Assembly (NCBI GenBank): GCA_051942205.1
Contig: JAVECO010000008.1
Coordinates: 1-64,000 of the forward strand
Source: Coniocarpon cinnabarinum
Taxonomy: Eukaryota
DNA: 64,000 nt
Direction: 5' to 3'
Below are positions 62,126-64,000 of the stretch, piece after piece. Under the pieces are notes generated by a model, which ran no database searches, was not told the origin of the DNA, and was given only the letters and a program-made list of their open reading frames with translations. Positions within the stretch are counted from its first letter, which is position 1. Every line of letters starts with the position of its first letter. A program made the translations under genes and the position numbers.

Positions 62126-63237
62126 AACTACAGTCAGTCGGCGATAACTTACACAAAGCTACAGCTGGAGAAGAGAAGAGAGCAGGGGGAAGCAAAGACA
62201 CGAGGAAATGTCGAAGGCTGGGGCATAGCTATCTTGCTCAGACATATCCTGACCTCACCGGTCTAGCCGCATTGGCGTGCGTGTAAATGCAGATGTCAGT
62301 CTTGCACTCATGCGGGGTTTATCGGGACGTTGGTCCACTGGCTCAACGAGACTTGCGAGAGCCTATTTCCCTGTTTTTTTGAACGCTATAACTTACGACC
62401 TTGAAAGGCTATTTTCTACTGATCAAAACGATTCGACAGAGCTTCGACTTGCCGCTGAAGCGGCATTCTTGATGGGGGAAAGTGATACCCAGGAGCAGAT
62501 CTGAGCTCCCAATTTGTACCCTCCGTACCAACGCTGAAACTCTCTAGTTCGAGAAGCTGATGAGAGGGATTTGACCTCTTCTTATCGCCGCTAAGGCCGA
62601 CCTCGCCAAGGGTGGAAGCTACACAATGTCTTAGCAGCAAGGAGCTCCCAGCACTGATACAGTTGCCATACACTGGCAGTTTCACTTTGCACACCAGCAG
62701 TCGTTGAAGTGTGTTGCGGAAGCGCTTTCGTCCAAAGTTTCCACACTCCCTAAGGCACGACATCGCGTGACCTTGTCCTAGTTTCGCCCTTCCAGGGACT
62801 GTCAACCGTACGGCTGAAGGCTCTTTGCTCCTCCACTCTCGTCTACGCTTGCATACATGCTTTCCAAGGTTCAATTCTCTATCGAAGATACGTTTTTTTA
62901 GGACTCTGTTAGGTATAGGTCAACACGCAACTCTGTTTGTTCTGCCGGCCCTGCGAAAGGTAAGAATGTAATGTATTGCATGGAGAATTCAAAGGCAGAA
63001 GAGGCTTCGTCAATGCATCAACAATTTTGCAATCACGCGCTCTTTGAGTGCTGACCAGGAGAGTCTTAGCTATTGCAACAGAAGGGGGGGCTATATCTGC
63101 ACACTGCTGACCGCAGTTGCTTTGCAAAGATTTGCGCCTTGAGAGTAACAGTGGTGGAAATGCAAACTGTCACGTGCAAATTATTCCTTCACGCTGTAAA
63201 GGCAAGCTCAGAACGATGCTCTCGTCTCTCGATTAAT

Positions 63238-64000
63238 TCAAGTCATGACCGCGGTTGCCATTTCTACTAAGCTTCCACGATCGGGAGGCTGAGTGGCGTC
63301 TGTTGTATGCGGAGGTGGCATTCGCGGATCATCCGGATTCGAATCTACATTCGGTGTGCTCTGTTCAGCAGCTTCTGCAGCGTTCAGCTGACTGCCAGCC
63401 ACTGCACCATTTTCCGCGTGTCTGGTCTCTACAATCGTCGTGTCCGCAAAGCCTCCTCCTCTCCACTTCTTCAATTCTCCGGTAACGTTTCTTAGTACTT
63501 CCGGTACCTCCATGCCATGCTTGACAAAAAAAAGCTTCATGTTCCTCGCCTTGTCCTTCAGCTGAACCTGATTGCGCCCTTTGAGAACGTCACTTCTCGT
63601 ACCATGCTCGCCGTATAGGGAGAGAATATCTCGCCAGTGTGGGCCACGTAGAGTTTCCAAACCCTCCAGCAGCGCATTCTCCTCATCTGTGGACCACACC
63701 CTACGATTTGAGAATACCGGAGAGGGCGGACGCTTGCGTTGAAGAGCACGATTTTGGGCTGCGAGGCGAGCAGAATCATATGACTCGCGAAGTGTTGCAG
63801 TAGACACTATTGAGGGAGACTGTGGAAGACGGACTGGAGCGATTGGTGTGGGCTGATGCAGAGGAGACTCGCGATATGTTTCGCAAGTGGCAAGCTCCTC
63901 TGAGCGCCGCTCACCTACTTCTGGACGCGCTTCGTCCTTGTGATTCTTGGCATCATCACCTGGGCTTTGCTCACTCTGCTCGGAAGCTTGGAACGCGAAC
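63238..64000 (-). CDS. TBF1: Tbf1-like telobox/Myb-domain protein, C-terminal part (5' end outside window)
   Basis: RRVWSTDEENALLEGL...GPHWRDIL...LKGRNQVQLKDKARNMKLFF...VTGEL; the frame stays open to the window edge. May be a divergent paralog. Confidence 0.75.
   Translation of the reverse strand, partial: FAFQASEQSEQSPGDDAKNHKDEARPEVGERRSEELATCETYRESPLHQPTPIAPVRLPQSPSIVSTATLRESYDSARLAAQNRALQRKRPPSPVFSNRRVWSTDEENALLEGLETLRGPHWRDILSLYGEHGTRSDVLKGRNQVQLKDKARNMKLFFVKHGMEVPEVLRNVTGELKKWRGGGFADTTIVETRHAENGAVAGSQLNAAEAAEQSTPNVDSNPDDPRMPPPHTTDATQPPDRGSLVEMATAVMT

Overview
Gene-dense window of a filamentous ascomycete (Pezizomycotina-type) nuclear genome: short GT-AG introns with (G/A)CTRAC branch points and Zn2Cys6 factors. 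I can build about 25 protein-coding gene models. Housekeeping genes: DBP4, SPF31/DNAJC8, cyclophilin PPIL3, uL23m/MRP20, DBR1, TAF10, UBA2, CEF1, NMD3 and a partial TBF1-like gene. Accessory genes: two Zn2Cys6 TFs, an HSL-type hydrolase, a Git3/GPR1-type GPCR, a GPI-type PEBP protein, an MFS transporter next to an FAD monooxygenase, a divergent sterol C24-methyltransferase, a second SAM methyltransferase, a histidine-phosphatase-like protein lacking its catalytic His, and a small two-exon orphan gene missed by the ORF track. The standout is a minus-strand tRNA-Ser(GCT) gene (11206-11359). It has a normal 21-nt intron at position 37/38. Its 3' acceptor strand is also interrupted by a 52-nt insert with spliceosomal signals (GTAAGC...GCTAAC...AAG). 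Removing that insert restores a complete 7-bp acceptor stem and the G73 discriminator, upstream of a T10 Pol III terminator. The window also holds a 182-bp hAT-like MITE with an 8-bp TSD and several degenerate long-period repeats. All gene names come from recognising motifs by eye; no database searches were run.
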